The notes beneath the pieces are model-generated. The model saw only the letters and a list, made by a program, of their open reading frames with translations. It had not been told where the DNA came from and ran no database searches. Below are positions 38,605 through 52,829 of a stretch of 64,000 nt of DNA, one piece after another; position 1 is the first letter of the stretch; each line of letters starts with the position of its first letter. The position numbers and the translations under genes are program-made. Source of the stretch: Mobula hypostoma (Eukaryota); assembly GCF_963921235.1 (NCBI RefSeq), contig NC_086097.1:185134001-185198000 (forward strand), read 5' to 3'.

Positions 38605-40836
38605 TGTTGTGTTCTTTATACGTACTGTGGGTTAGTAAGAACAAACCATATTCTGGAAGAATAAGAACTAGAACTTTTATTTACAACAGCAAACAGCAAC
38701 CCCATTTCTTACAGCCATGCTTTCTAGATCATTGTCTCATTTCTGCGCTTGCTCCGAACTCCGTCCAATCACGTTCTTACATGTGATACGTGATATCACC
38801 ACATCTTCCTTTCCTTAAAAAGAAAAACAATTAGAATTGTTCAGAATTAATCAAATAGAATTAATCAGAACAAGTACATAATTTAACATATCTCTATCGG
38901 TCTTTCTGGGGGTTTACAGACACGAGTAGACCTTCTAAGTGGTTCACACAGTTCTTGTGTTTCGTTGTTATTTCCATGTTTTGTCTGGTCTGCATCAGTT
39001 AACTGAAACTCTGAAGTTGGCTCTTTCTTAAGGTCTTTGTGATTTCTTCTTAACACTGCTCCTTCTTCTGTTTGGACCATGTATGATCTGGGTTGTACTT
39101 CTTCAAGTACTGTAGCTTTCTTAATTCTTCCACTTCCATTTGTAATGAAATATGAATCTTCTTTTCTTCGTGCAATTCATTCATTAACTGTGTAATCTCT
39201 TTTTAATGCTAAGACTTCATCATTTCAATAAAACTTCTCTCTTCCTTCACTTGTGCTTTCACTTCAATTGGATCCTGATTCTTGTCACTCTTTGGCTTCA
39301 GATCCGTATTGTACTGTACCAGCAAGTTTGGTCTTTGTATGACTTCATAATCTTTCATCAAGTCACTGTATTCTGACTCTGTGTCACTGTCCAGGACAAG
39401 TCTCTTTTCACCAAATTCAGTCTCTCACAGGCAGATAAGCCCAGTATCGACTGTACATTCTCTGGCACCACCACAAATGAAAGCATGTGCACCATATTTT
39501 TGTGTGATACTTTTGCCACACATGTTCCTTTAACTGGAATGTCCGCACATGAATACCCAGTCACTTTGATATTTGTCTGGTGTAACTTTGGTCTCAGCTT
39601 TAATGCATTAAACTCAGATTTTGCAAGAACATTTACTTGTGCTCCAGTATCCAGTTTAAACAGAATGTTGTTTTGGTTCACTTGCAATGGAATAGTCCAG
39701 TCATTCTTACTTTGTTTGTTTTCACAAAGCACATCTATATAAAACTCCTCACGTTCATTTTCAAGCACTACACTTACTCGTTTTATTTTCTTTCTACTTC
39801 TGCAACAGCGTGAAAAATGATTACTCTTACTGCAGTTGTTGCACATTTTTCGATATGCTGGACACTTTTTTGGTTGGTGCTGCCACCTACAGCAATCACA
39901 AAGTTTTTTTCTTTCAGATGACGTCTTGCTCTCTGTCGGTTTTGTTGTCACTTCATTATTTTTTCTAATAAGTTTGCGTTTTACAGCGTCTACATAGCTC
40001 TGAAAGAAAAGCTCTTTTGCTGCGACATCACAGTTTCTGAAGCTTTGCAGAGTCTCAAAGCTTTTTCCAGGTTGATGTCTTGTTCTCTTAACAGTCTTTC
40101 TCTCAGACCATTATCCAAAATGCCACAAACAATTCTGTCTTTAATGAGAGAGTCTGTGAGCTCAGCAAACTCGCATATTTTACTATGGTGTCTCAATTCC
40201 ATAACAAATTGATCAATCGTTTGACCAGGTCTCTGCCAATATTTGAAAAATTCGTACCGTTCATACGTCACATTGCGCTTTGGTATACAGAATGCATCAA
40301 ATTTGTCCATTATTGCTTTTAGTTTCAAATTATCTCCATTTTCAAAAGAAAAATGGTTATATACCTCAAGTGTGTCATCACCTATAACGTGGAGTAGAAT
40401 TGCAGCTTTTGTTTTTTCCTTTTTATTATCTGCTCCAATCGCCAATAAATAAATTTCAAACGTTGTTTAAATCTTTTCCAGTTTTCAGCTACATTTCCAG
40501 TCAGCTGAAGCATCGATGGGGGTTGAAAAACTTCCAGTTTTTAAACTGTTAACACACCAAAACAGTCTGCGCTTTTTTTCAATTATCTTTGCTTCTCCCG
40601 TGTTAGCAAAACGCATTATTCTTCCAGACCGACTTCTAACATCATGTTATGTTCTTTTTACATACCGTGGGTTACTAAGAACAAACCATATTCTGGAAGG
40701 ATAAGAACTAGAACTTTTAGATACAACAGCAAACAGCAACCCCATTTCTTACATCCACGCTTTCTAGATCATTCTCTCATTTCTGCACATGCTCCGAACT
40801 CTGTCCAATCACGTTCTTACATGTGATATCACCACA
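38605..40836 (-). mobile_element. Internally deleted Gypsy LTR retrotransposon with both LTRs
   Basis: LTRs 38605-38803 and 40645-40836 (TG...CA). Degenerate PBS TGATGTTAGAAGT (tRNA-Leu-like). PPT AAGGAAAGGAAGA at 38804-38816 (minus). gag, CCHC-like knuckle, protease LDTGAQ, integrase C-terminus. TSD ATAGG/AGAGG. Confidence 0.92.
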
Positions 40837-42165
40837 AGAGGGAGTATATATTTAAAAAGTAATTAAATAAGTAGTGCAAAAGCAGAGTGGTAAATATTGT
40901 ATCTGGGTACATTATACTTTCACAAGTCTGATGGCGGAGAGGAAGAAGCTATTCCTGAAACATCGAGTGTGTGTCTTCAGCCTCATGTCCCTCCTCTTTG
41001 ATAGCGGCAATGAGAAGAGGATATGTCCTGGGTGAAGGATGTCCTTAATGATGGGTGCTACATTTTTGAGGCATCGCCTTTTGGTGTCCTGGATCCTGGA
41101 GAGGCTAGTGACCATGATGAAGCCAGCTGAGTTTACAACTTCCTGCAGTTTTTTCTGATTCTGTGCAGTGGCCCCGCCATTCCAGACAGTGATGCAACCA
41201 GTCAGAATGCTCTCCACTGTACATCTGTAGACATTTGCAAGTGTCTTTGGTGACATTCCAGTTCTCCTCAAACTCCTAATGGAATATAGCTGCTGTCATA
41301 TCTTCTTTGTAATTGCATCAATGTGTTTGGGCCAGGATAGATCTTCAAACCCAGGAACTTGAAAACTGCTCATTCTTTCCAAACTTCTGATGCCTCGATG
41401 AGGACTGGTGTGTATTTACCTTGACTTAGCTTTCCTGAAATCCACAGTCAATTCCTTGGTTTTTTGACATTGAGTCCAAGGTTATTGCTATGACACCACT
41501 CAACCAGCTGATCTCTCACTCCTGTACGCTTCCTAGACTCCATCTGAAATTCTGTCTACAATCGTTGCGTTATTGGCATCTGTGTTGTACCTAGCCACAC
41601 AATCATGGGTGGGCAGAGAGTAGAGTAGTGGGCTAAGAATGCACCCTTGAGATGTGACAATGTTGACTGTCAGCAAAGAGGAAATGTTATTTCTGATCTG
41701 CACAGACTGAGGTTTCTCAGTGAGGAAGTGAAGGATTCACGCAGAGAGAGGTACAAAGAGCCAGGCTTTGGAGGTTATTGATCAGAACTGAGGGTATGAT
41801 TGGGTTGAACACTGATCTGTAATCAATAAACAACAGCCTGACTATTGTCCAGGTGATCCAAAGCCGAGTGGAGAGCCAGTGTGATTGCATCCACTGTAGA
41901 CCCATTGTAGCTATAGGGAAATTGCAGCAGCAGCATGTCCTTGCTTAGACAGTAATTGATTCTAACCATGATCAGCTTCTCAAAGCACTTCATCACAGTA
42001 GGCGTGAGTGCCATTAGGTGGTAGTCATTGAGGAAGCTCACCCTACTCTTCTTGGGTAGTGGTATGATTGTCGCCCTTTTGAAGCAGGTGTGAACCTCTG
42101 ACTGCAGCAGTCAGAGATTGAAGATGTCCTTGCACACCCCTTTCAGTTGGTTGGCACAAGATTCC
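40837..42165 (-). mobile_element. Rex1/Babar-like LINE (host of the Gypsy; tail continues at about 38560-38604)
   Basis: LNDYHLMALTPTVMKCFEKL, LFIDYRSVFN, TLANVYRCTVESILTGCITVW. Confidence 0.88.
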
Positions 42166-42864
42166 ACAGGCCTAATATTTTGAGAGTGCTTCTTAAGAAA
42201 GCAGTCATTTTTCAATGTTGGTAATTGGGGTTATTCAATTAACTCTACATATCAAGGGTTTAGTTGCTGTTTAAAAGGAGTGAAAGGGCATGGCCTTTAT
42301 TTATTAACAGTTGAAAGAAATCCCTCTTGACTTGCAAATAGATTATCCATCTGAATGGCATACATAAGTGGCAATGCAGGGAAAGAAGCCAGATAGCACT
42401 TGGAGACGGAGTATGGAGATTTGGCTGCATCTGAGAGATGTGGAGATGATTACAGGCTGGTTCTGAATTTATAGTCCGGCTGTGATCAGAAATTGGCAAT
42501 TACAGCTAAGTTGTGGTGTGGGGTAAATATACCAGAGCTACTTTCTCGGTAGCTACTTTCTGGTTCAATGGATGAGGGAGAGGTGTTTGTGAAACCTTGA
42601 GGAGAACTCTGGCATCTTCCAGCTCAAGGATTCCAGAAATAATTTTTTGAAGAAATCTCTTGGACCTTTTCTGCTACAGGATGATAGTCTTTGCCTAACA
42701 GCAAACACCAGACAGTTTTAACCTCTGCTTACCAGCAATATTTACCAGGATATGGTGAAAAGGAAGGGAGTTCATAGAATTATAGCAAATACCAACTCCA
42801 ACTTTCTATCAGATAGCAGAGTTAAAAATTAAACTCTATGACTGTCTTTAGTTTCTATTTCAAA

Positions 42865-43207
42865 TGGGGGGGGCACTTCCCTCTCCCTTATTAGGGGGAG
42901 AGAGAACCTGTGGTTTGTCGAATGTCGGAAGAAATACGAAGCCTTTGGGTAACTTTGGTCTGTGTCTTTGCTATTGCTCAGTGTTGGTACCAATGTGTGT
43001 TTTTTTGCTGGTGGGGGAGGGGGGATTGTTGCTCGCTGCTGCTTACACGCGGGGAGGGGAGCTTGTTGGAGGGACCTTAGGGGTTCTCATGTTTAACTGT
43101 CCTTCATTCTTTGGGGCACTTCTCTGTTTTCGTGGATGTTTGCAAAGAAAAGGCATTTCAGGATGTATATTGTATACATTTCTCTGACATTAAATTGAAG
43201 CTTTGAA
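42865..43207 (+). mobile_element. 3' half of the same non-coding retroposon family as 25195-26030
   Basis: Shared CCCTTATTAGGG...CATTCTTTGGGGCACT...TTTCAGGATGTATATTGTATACATTTCTCTGACATTAA. Confidence 0.8.
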
Positions 43208-43364
43208 CTACTATGTCATATAACATTCTTTTTGTCATAAGAGAGCATCTTTTCCAACTTACGTGCACATCATAGTGAAGATGGTGAGAGTTGAACAGGA
43301 GTTGCAAATAATTAAGTCTCAGCATGCTATGTCCTTCTTTCAGAATATAGTATATCATTAGAAC

Positions 43365-44045
43365 AAAGTTCGAAGTACATTATCAAAGTCTGTGTACTAC
43401 AGACAACCTTGAGATCCGTGTCCTTTCTGACAGCCACAAAACCAATAAAATCCAATAGAACCCATTATAAACAAAACAGTCAAACACACAGTATGCAGAG
43501 GAAAAACGGATCATACAAGCAAGAAGAGTAAGCAGATAACATTCGGAACTGAAGCTCATGAAAATGAGTTCACAGTCATATAGCCAGTTTAGGAGCCCAG
43601 GCTCGAGCCTCAGTTCAAGGCAGACACAAGTTCTCCTCACTGAGCAGTGAGCTGAATACTAGCCCATCCCTTGCCTGCATCCCAACACCCTGACCTTTTC
43701 AATCTGGCCTGGCACTTAATTTGGCAAAACAGTGGTCCCGGGCCTTACTGCCTCAACTCTACCTTGCCACAGCTTGCTTTGTCTCTGTTCTGCCATTTCC
43801 AATGTGGCTCGAGGTCCACTCCAGCAATGGCCAAACATTGGCCATTTCCTGCTCTCGGTCCCAAGCCCCGCCACCTCAATTCAGCCCCTACACGCCACAC
43901 CGCAACCATCCTGCACCTTCTAGACTTCAGTTCACACCACAAAATGGCCAGACTATACCGGCGTCCTAAAGCTCAACTCCAAAAGGGAAGTTACAGGCTA
44001 TTGATTCCAGTGATTGTCTTATCTAGTCCCGCCTCACCATTATCA
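43365..44045 (-). mobile_element. Non-coding retroposon with Rex1-like tail
   Basis: Minus-strand tail GGATCTCAAGGTTGTCTGTAGTACACAGACTTTGATAATGTACTTCGAACTTTG. No coding similarity. Confidence 0.55.
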
Positions 44046-44129
44046 GATTAATTATCAACAGCATGCAGATTAGTGCTCTTTTTGAAAGAGCAACTTGATT
44101 TTTTTATCTTTTTCTCTTCCCTGTGCAGT

Positions 44130-45248
44130 CAATTTATTTTTGTCTGCCCAACATACACTTTGTATGTGTCCTACTTTATTTCATTTTCTGCAAGCTTCGC
44201 TTTTAAAGCTGAATTTGTCTGATTTACGTGAGCCCCTGCCACAATGGTAACACAATTTACTCAGTCAGGCAGATTTCTGTTTAGGTGCTGCAATTTTGTT
44301 CATTTTCACTTTCATTCCTGACTGCAATTCATTTGCATCTCTGGCTGCAGTTTCCAATGATGTAGGGATTTCAACTGTTCAAATGAGAGTTGTGCTTCAG
44401 TTAGGATCTGTTTTAGAATGCGTTCTTGTAAGATTCCCAAATTAAATGATCCTTCAGTGCATCATTAAGCCCATTACTGAACTGACAATACTCCGGCAAC
44501 TTCTTCAATTCAGCCATGTTCACGGAAATGGACTCCACGCTTATGAACCTAAAGTGTTCTGCAATCAACAGTTCTAAATTGTTGGAGCAGATAAACTTCT
44601 CAGCAAACTGTATTTTCTTCCACCAATTACACTCTGCAAAACTGGCACTCATTTTTCATCTGCTATTCTATTTGCTTCAAAATACTGCTCAATTTGATCA
44701 GTATACATCGTTCTTTGGTGCAATCGAACACGTCTACTTTTCTGATGTAGCAAGCAATTTGTGCTCTTTTGTTAAATTTCTGATAATTATCACTCCATGC
44801 TCACTGTTTATGAACCCATGAATTTTGTCCACTTTCTGCCTGTTTTTCACTCAACCATCTTTCTCCCCCCTTGCGAAGAAACAAACATGTTGCACTTTTT
44901 ATTAAACTCAAATGTCTCACTGAACTTTTTTTTACTCAAACATCTTGCTGTGTTTTAACAGGTCGGTAGTTATCTCACGTTCATTTTAAAACTTACTCAT
45001 TGCCATTGTTATGTTTTGTAACTCCAGAAATACTCGAAAGAAAGACACAGAGAACTGAGAGATGTGTGTCTACTTAGGTTTTACCTTAAGTGATACGCGT
45101 GCACATGAATGGTTGGCGTAACTATGTATGTCATTCATGTACTTTTACATATAAACTGTAATGAATTATTCAAACAATAAAGAATGCTTAATCAAACAAT
45201 GTATTTACAATATTACTCAAACATTACTGAAATATTAAATACATGACA
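44130..45248 (-). mobile_element. Gypsy remnant: gag fragment + PBS + 5' LTR (45007-45248)
   Basis: LLIAEHFRF...AELKKLPEYCQFSNGLNDALKDHL. TGGCAATGAG PBS-like sequence next to a TG...CA LTR. Confidence 0.75.
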
Positions 45249-45344
45249 ATATGATATAATTATTTTACTCCAATAAAATACAAAGAGCAAAGCTTTACGT
45301 TTTTCATGAATATTATTTCAAAAAACTGCTGTCATTGCATTTCT

Positions 45345-46788
45345 AAAATCTCAGGATGTGCGCAGCACAGCTGGCAGGTGTGTTAACTGACATTTTTGAT
45401 CTCTCCCTCTCCCAGCGTAGAGTGCTCTCCTGCTTCAAATTATCCACCATTGCCCCTGTACTAAAAAAGGCCAAGGTAACATTCCTGAACAACTGGTGTC
45501 CTGTCGCACTCATCTCAATAATAAGCAAATGCTGTGACAGGCTGGTCAAGGACTACATCTGCAGCTTGCTACCACCCAAACTGGACCCCCTACAATTTGC
45601 CTACCGACACAACCAATCAACAGACAGCGCAATAGCCACTGCTCTACATACCGTCCTTACACATCTGGAGAAGAAGGATGCTTATGTGAGAATGTTCTTG
45701 GACTACAGTTCTCAATTCAACACCATTGTTCCATCCAGGCTCGACAAGAAGCTCAGAGACCTCGACCTTGACCCTGCCTTGTGCAGCTGGATCCTGGACT
45801 TCCTGTCAGATCACCAGATGATGGTAAGAGTGGGCTCCCTCACCTCCACTCCTCTGACTCTCAATACAGGAGCCCCTCAGGGCTGTGTATTGAGTCCCCT
45901 CCTTTACTCCCTGTATACCCATGACTGCATCGCCACCCACAGCTGCAATCTGCTAATTAAATTTGCCGACCACCCTAAATTGATTGGCCCTATTTCAAAC
46001 AATAACAGGGTGGCCTAGAGGGAAGAAATCATCTCTCTGACACAGTGGTGTCAAGGAAACAACCTCTCCCTCAATGTTGCAAAAACAAAAGAGCTGGTTG
46101 TGGATTACAGGAGGAATGGAGACGGGCTAACCCCTATTGACTTCAATGGATCTGGGGTTGAGTGGGTAAATAGCTTTAAGTTCCTCAGCATCCACATCAC
46201 TGAGGACCTCACATGGTCTGTACACACCAGCTGTGTAGTGAAAAAGGCACAACAGCACCTCTTTCACCCCAGATGGTTGAGGAAGTTTGGTATGGGCCCC
46301 CAAATCCTAAAAACAGGGGCACAACTGACAGCATTCTGACTGGCTGCATCACTGTCTGGTATGGGAACTGTACCTCCCTCAATCACAGGACTTTGCGGAG
46401 AGTGTTGCAGACCAGCCCAGCACATCTGTAGTTGTAAACTTCCCATGATTCAGAACATTTACAAAGACAGGTGTATAAAAAGGGCCCGCAGGATCATTGG
46501 GGACCTGAGTCACCCCAAACACAATCTATTCCGGCTGCTACCATCCGGGAAACAGTACCACAGCATAAAAGCCAGAACCAACAGGCTCCAGGACAACTTC
46601 TTCCACCAGGCCATCAGACTGATTAACTCACGCTGATCTGAGTGTATCTATATTACAGTGACTGTTCTTTTTATTATAATTTACTATGATTGAACGTTGC
46701 ACATTTAGACGGGGACGTGACATAGAGATTTTTGCTCCACATGCACGTAAAGGATGTAAGAAATTAAGTCAATTCAATTCAATTCAAT
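45345..46788 (+). mobile_element. 5'-truncated Rex1/Babar-like LINE
   Basis: 220-aa RT fragment (LDPLQFAYR, TGAPQGCVLSPLLYSLYTHDC, KFADH) and (AATTC)n tail. Confidence 0.92.
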
Positions 46789-47884
46789 AAAAGTTAATAT
46801 ATTTGTATTATGTAGTAGGAAAAGTTGTATAGAAGAAATAGTTTTGTACATTGCTGAATTGAAATTTTCCCCAAATTGATTTAGCATCCTCTCCCATTGC
46901 CTTCCCTCCAGTAAGAACAACCTTTCCCCTTTCCCCACATTCAGATTTTAAAACAATCTATAGAGTCAGAAAGGATAGTTTGATCCCTACAAATAAAGTG
47001 AATTCATATAGAAAATGAATGTAAGGTACACATTGGAATGGCTGAGCTGTATGACAGTGAGTAGACAATTCAGACTGATTTTCATTTAAAATAGAAATAT
47101 AAACATTATGGATACTTTTTCCTAGGTGATTAAGAGTGAATGAAATATAAAATTATTCCAATCTCTGAACTATAATTATGACAAAAGTGAAATTCCAAAA
47201 TATAAATCTGATTATTTCAAAATTCAGATCTAAATGTGGCATTTCCTGTAAATCTAGTAAGGCAGTATTATGATTCCCATGTACTTGGTCATCATTTTGT
47301 CCAGAAATCATAATCCAAGAGTATTAAGATTAATGTATCAGCAATCTACCATTTTAATCCATACTTTTGCCCAATTCCTAATAGAAGTAAATAGAATTAG
47401 GGTTTCAGCAATGTGATAACTCAAATGCACACTTGATACGACAGAGGTGACAAATTCAGCCTATTATCATGCTGACAACCATTTGACTGTCTTCGTGGCA
47501 GCATATGACTTCAAAAAGGGAGATGGCAACAAAACAATTTATCTTCAATATAATGAAAATAAGTCAAAAGTTTCTGAATGAAAAAAGAAAACAGAATTAT
47601 AGAAATTTACGGCATGGAAGCCATTCAGCCCATTGTATCTATGGCATTCATAAAAGAGTAACCAGTTTAATTCATTATTTCATTATATTTCATGAAGAGT
47701 TTGAGTAACTTTAAGATATATTTTTATTACAATTTATAGTGTTTTTAAAATTATATTGTACTATACTGCTACCGCTAAACAACAACTTTCACATCATATG
47801 CCAGTGACATTAAACCTGATTCTGATTCCATCCCCTTATGGATTATGACTTATTTTAAATGTAAGATATTTCCTTGCACTCAGT

Positions 47885-48624
47885 CAGTAAGACAAAGGAA
47901 TTGATCGTGGACTTCGGGAAGAGTAAGTTGGGGGAATAGAAGTGGAAAGGGTGAGCAGTTTCAAGATCCTGGGTGTCAACATCTCTGAGGATCTAACCTG
48001 GCCCCAATGTATTGGTGCAATTATAAAGAAGGCATGACAGTGGCTATATTTCATTAGAGTTTGAGGAGATTTGGTATGTCACCAAAGACACTCACAAATT
48101 TCTACAGATTTTTACCACGGGGAGCATTCTACTTGATTACATCACCATTTGGTATAGAGGGGCCACTGCGCAGGATTGGAAAAAGCTGCAGAAAGTTGTA
48201 AACTTTCAGCTCCATCATGGGCTCTAGCCTCCCCAGTATCCAGAACATCTTCTAAAGGCGGTGCCCCAAAAAGGCAGCGTATACCAGTACTGACCCCCAT
48301 CACCCAGGACCTACCCTTTTCTCATTGCTACCATCAAGGAGGAGGTACAGGAGTCTGAATACACACACTCAATGTTTCAGGAACAGCTTATTCTCCTTCG
48401 TCATCAGAGTTCTGAATGGATAATGAACCCAAGAACACTACATCAGTATTTTTTCCTCTCTTTTTAAAACTTACTTAATTTAATTTTGCCTTTTTATATA
48501 CACTTCTTGTTGTAGTTTATGGTTTTCATTATTATGTTTTGCAATATACTGCTGCCACAAAATAACAATTTTCACGTCATATGCCAATGATATTAAACCT
48601 GATTTTGATTCTGATTCTGATTCT
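47885..48624 (+). mobile_element. Rex1-like LINE 3' part with (GATTCT)n tail (another tail at 47730-47828)
   Basis: Similarity to 40837-41480 and the GATTCTGATTCT tail. Confidence 0.8.
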
Positions 48625-50189
48625 TATTTTCAACCTCTTTCGCCCTTTTCAATCATTGTCTCACATCCTCATCATCCTCTGGGTGGAAGGATTTCTCCTC
48701 ATAAATCTTCAAACAAGAACAAAGACTGCGCTCCTTGTCATTGACCTCTCTGTTAAGGGAAATAGATTCTTCCTATCTCTTTTATTCAACACCTTTATAG
48801 TTATTTACACCTCAGGTAAACATCCCCCAGCTCCCTGTGCTCCCAAGGAAACAAGAAATGACTGAAAATGACTGAGTGGTGGAGATAATAGTGGAGATGT
48901 ATTATTGAATAGTGAATTCCAAATAATCATGCTCAGTCTTACTAAATATTATCTGCTGTTTAGGCTGCAGAGTGATTTCCAGCAGCTGCTATAAGCAGAG
49001 AGCACTTGTCCTCTGAAAATTCCAGTCATTTCCTTAATCAGTCTACAGTGCTTTCAGTCAAAACTTGTGACTCCTGAAATTATGGCACAAGCATTGGTAA
49101 TTCAGAGCATGGTCTGTGACAGGTGCTGCAGCCATAAGAGCAGGGCCAGGTTTTATTGATTGTGATTTTGATATGAACATTGTTATCTAGACCATGATGT
49201 CAGCATGCCCAACTGCAAACTGATCTTACATGTTGTCTCTGCCTTAACTGCAATCCAACTTGAAATGACCTGTGCATATTTCCACCATCTTTATTCTGGA
49301 AAGAAGCAACTTGAATCTCTCCTTGCAGCCTTGTGAAAGGTTACAGCTAGATTCCCTGATAGGGTTTGATACTGTAAACATGCTTTCCAACAGGTCTGCT
49401 AATACAGCTAGCAAGTCATTGTGCAGACTTTTCAATCAAAGCAGACACCTTAGGCTTTTGTGTTCTACTCTAAGCAGGTCACCTGGGCCACACAGTTAGC
49501 TCCCTTCACTGGTTGAGAGTTACTCACGCCTGATGACTTACCATGTTTCAGATCCTGCATCTAAGCCAATCTCCACCATGCAAGGATAATTGGTTTTTGA
49601 ACAAGAAAGCTGATGAGGTATCTTTTCTCTTTTATTGTCCCAGACAGGTTGCACTTATTGGTTATCTGAAATGAAAACGGCATAAGAATTGAGGATGTGG
49701 TGGGGATCTAGGGGAATAGTGATGCATCCTTGTAGTATGTGCAGTTTTCAATCAGATAAAACCAGGGGAAGAGAGAGAAATAAAACATGAAAAGAACAGC
49801 TAGCCTTAAGCTTGCTTTTATATTCAAGTTCTCTGGCTGAGCCTCAGAGTTTACAATAGCCTCTCCAAAGATACCCAAAACTCTCTTCCTCCAAATGTCC
49901 TTTCCTGGCCTCTGCCAATTAGCTTCTAGTGATGGTATTATGGAACACATTTTGTTGTGAGGGAGTGAGTGTACCTTGTATAATGCAGTTGCTATCATAA
50001 GAAGCAGTGTGTACAGGTTTTGAGATGGCAGGCTTGATGAAGCATATGCATGTTAGGCCTGAGATGTGAATGAAACAGATAATTGGATGATTGTGCAGTG
50101 GGTGGGGTTAATGGTGCAGCTGGCATGTGATGACATTTGAAGACATGTTCATTGATCATGAACCTGTGCGTAATTTCCTTCAGCCTTTC

Positions 50190-50520
50190 TTTGGTTTATT
50201 CATAGGATGTGAACATTGCTGTAAAGACCAACATTTAATATCCATTATTAATTGATTCCTAAACTGAGAAGGCATTTAAGATTAAATTACATTTGCAGGT
50301 CTGGAGTCATATGGAGACCAGACTGAATAAATGGATATTTCTTTCCCTGATGGATGTTAGTTTTAATGATAATCCAGCAGTTTCATAATCTATCGTTGTT
50401 AAGAGTAGATTTTTGTTTATACCAGGTTTAATTAGTTAGTTGAATTTAAATTGCTGTGGCGGAATGCAACTTCATGTCTCCAGATCAATTGTCAGGCCTC
50501 TGAATACCAGCTCATTAATT
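50190..50520 (-). mobile_element. Old SINE-like remnant (related piece at about 26635-26800)
   Basis: Both share G.CCAG....ATTTC.TT.CC..A.G....T.GT-like segments. Heavily diverged. Confidence 0.4.
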
Positions 50521-51894
50521 AAAACACTCTTATTCCATACTGTAAGATGCTATGTCATTACAAGCATGTCTTTGGGGTTGTATTTCTGATGTTGATTTCC
50601 ACAGCTGTTTCCTGCTAGAGTAATGTGCACATGGAGACATGCCAGCCCTCATCAGGTAGATGATGTCTATTACCCGCTCCGCCTCCGATACCAAGATATC
50701 CGAAAATAAGAGCGCCTGCTCTTGCATAAGTTTAGTAATAGATTCCAACAAGTTGCTAAAATCTCTCGAATTATTTCTATTATCAGTTCCAGCCACAAAG
50801 CTCCTCTCCCATAAGAGGTGGAGGCTGGATTTATTACACAATACTTAGCTCACAGTCATAAAACTGGGTCCCATGCTGATGCACTAGGCAATAAACAATG
50901 TGTTTGGCATTGACTGGTTGCTGTAATCAAGCTAATGAGCAGGTGGCATGAATTGCATGTGCAGTCTGCATCAGGTCAAACAGGCAAAAGTTAATCAAGC
51001 ATCATAATCGCAGCTCATGTTTTCCTGCATTATCTCAAGCAGTCGTCCTCTTTTAGTCACATTATTCCAGAGCAAGTATTACTGTATCTACGCTTTAATG
51101 TCAAATAACTGGCAGTACATAATTTTATTTCACAATTCTAAAATAAACTGTGCTTTGCTTTTAGAGTCGAAGTTTATGTTATCAGCAGTTGATCCCACGA
51201 TTGACTATTACTTGGAAACTGCTTTGAGCCCAGCCATGGCTCTGTGCACTTATTGGGCTTAATGTCAAACTAATTCTTGAGATTCATGTGTCAATTTCCG
51301 ATTTGGATTAAAGGACTCAATCTGGTTTGGAAGCTATTGTTTGCTTCTATTTGTATGATTTGTGGTTTTATTTCTCTTTCTGGGCACATTGGATGTTGGT
51401 CTTTATTTTTTATAAATTGGCTTCTCTTGGGTTTCATTCTTTGTGGTTGCCTGTAAGCAGACAAATCTCAAGGTTGTATAATTTCTACATTCTTTGATAT
51501 TAAATGTACTTTTAATCTTTGAAACTTTGAATTTGGTGAATGTGGTTCAAAAATTTCTTCCATTGCTATAACTCCTGCCCACTTTACCAATAATTACACT
51601 CCTTCCATGCCTCTAAAGAACAACATGAAGATGAGCAGTGAGAAGGACCTGAAGATGAATCCCTGAACATTTTACAGATAACTTAATAGTGGTTTGGTTG
51701 GCAACATACAGGTAGCCGGCAGATTGCAGCTGAGGTTTGGAAATAGGGGAAGAGATTTGATAAACTGATGAGTGGGAGTGTGGGGACTTAGGCAGAGAGT
51801 TCTGTTCAGGGGGTCAGTGTCTGGAAGCATTCAGTCTGTGCATAGGGGATTGGCCAGGAGATTGGTTAATGGGAAAATTGTCAAAGTAAGTTCA

Positions 51895-52265
51895 AACCTG
51901 GGGAAAACTACAAATCCAGCCAACACACTTTTCGTCCCTCTTCCCTCCGGGAGAAGGCTCAGGAGCCTGAAGACTCGTATGGCCAGATTTGGGAACAGCT
52001 TCTTTCCAACTGTGATAAGACTGCTGAATGGATCCTGACCCGGATCTGGGTCGTACCCTCCAAATATCCAGACCTGCATCTCGGTTTTTTTGCACTACCT
52101 TACTTTCCATTTTTCTATTTTTCTATTTATGATTTATAATTTACATGTTTAATATTTACTATCGATTTGTAATCCAGGGTGTGGGAAGCGCAGAATCAAA
52201 TATCACTGTGTGGATTGTATGTTCTAGTATCAATTGTTTGGCCACAATTAAGTATAAAGTAAAGT
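51895..52265 (+). mobile_element. Rex1-like LINE 3' end
   Basis: LFVPLPSGRRLRSLKTRMARFGNSFFPTVIRLLN and (TAAAG)n tail. Confidence 0.85.
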
Positions 52266-52829
52266 AACGTAAAACCAAGGGAGAGCCAAAAGTGTAACCG
52301 ACCTCATCATTTGCCCAACATCAGGACTGGTCAGGGAGGCAAGTTTAGTTTATGTCAAACTAAAATTGCATGTCATATGAGATGTGAAAGCCCACTTTTT
52401 CAGTAGACTCCAGGGAAACGTGGCTTAATCCATAGTGATAAAAAATACGTAAAGTGTTCCAGACCATTCTTGCATTTCTTTACAAGATACTGGACGTGAC
52501 TAGGTCTGCCATATATGAGCTAGCAGGTGCAGGACCTAGAATGCATTTCTGTATTCTCTACAAATCCAACAGAGTCTGTGACACATTCTTCACCACTGAA
52601 ATGGGACAAAAATATGAATCCATTTTCTAGGTATGATCCTCCTCTATTGTGTTTTAATGTTCTACAAAGGAAAACAATATGCTGTAGTAAAGTGTTACTT
52701 TTTTAATATTACAGACAACTTCCTATAATTTTATGAGTCCAATAGCTTGCTCTGGATGCATTTCAAATTTACCATAAAGGATTATCATCAAACACCAGTC
52801 AAAGTGCAGCCCTACATCCCTGTCTGTAA

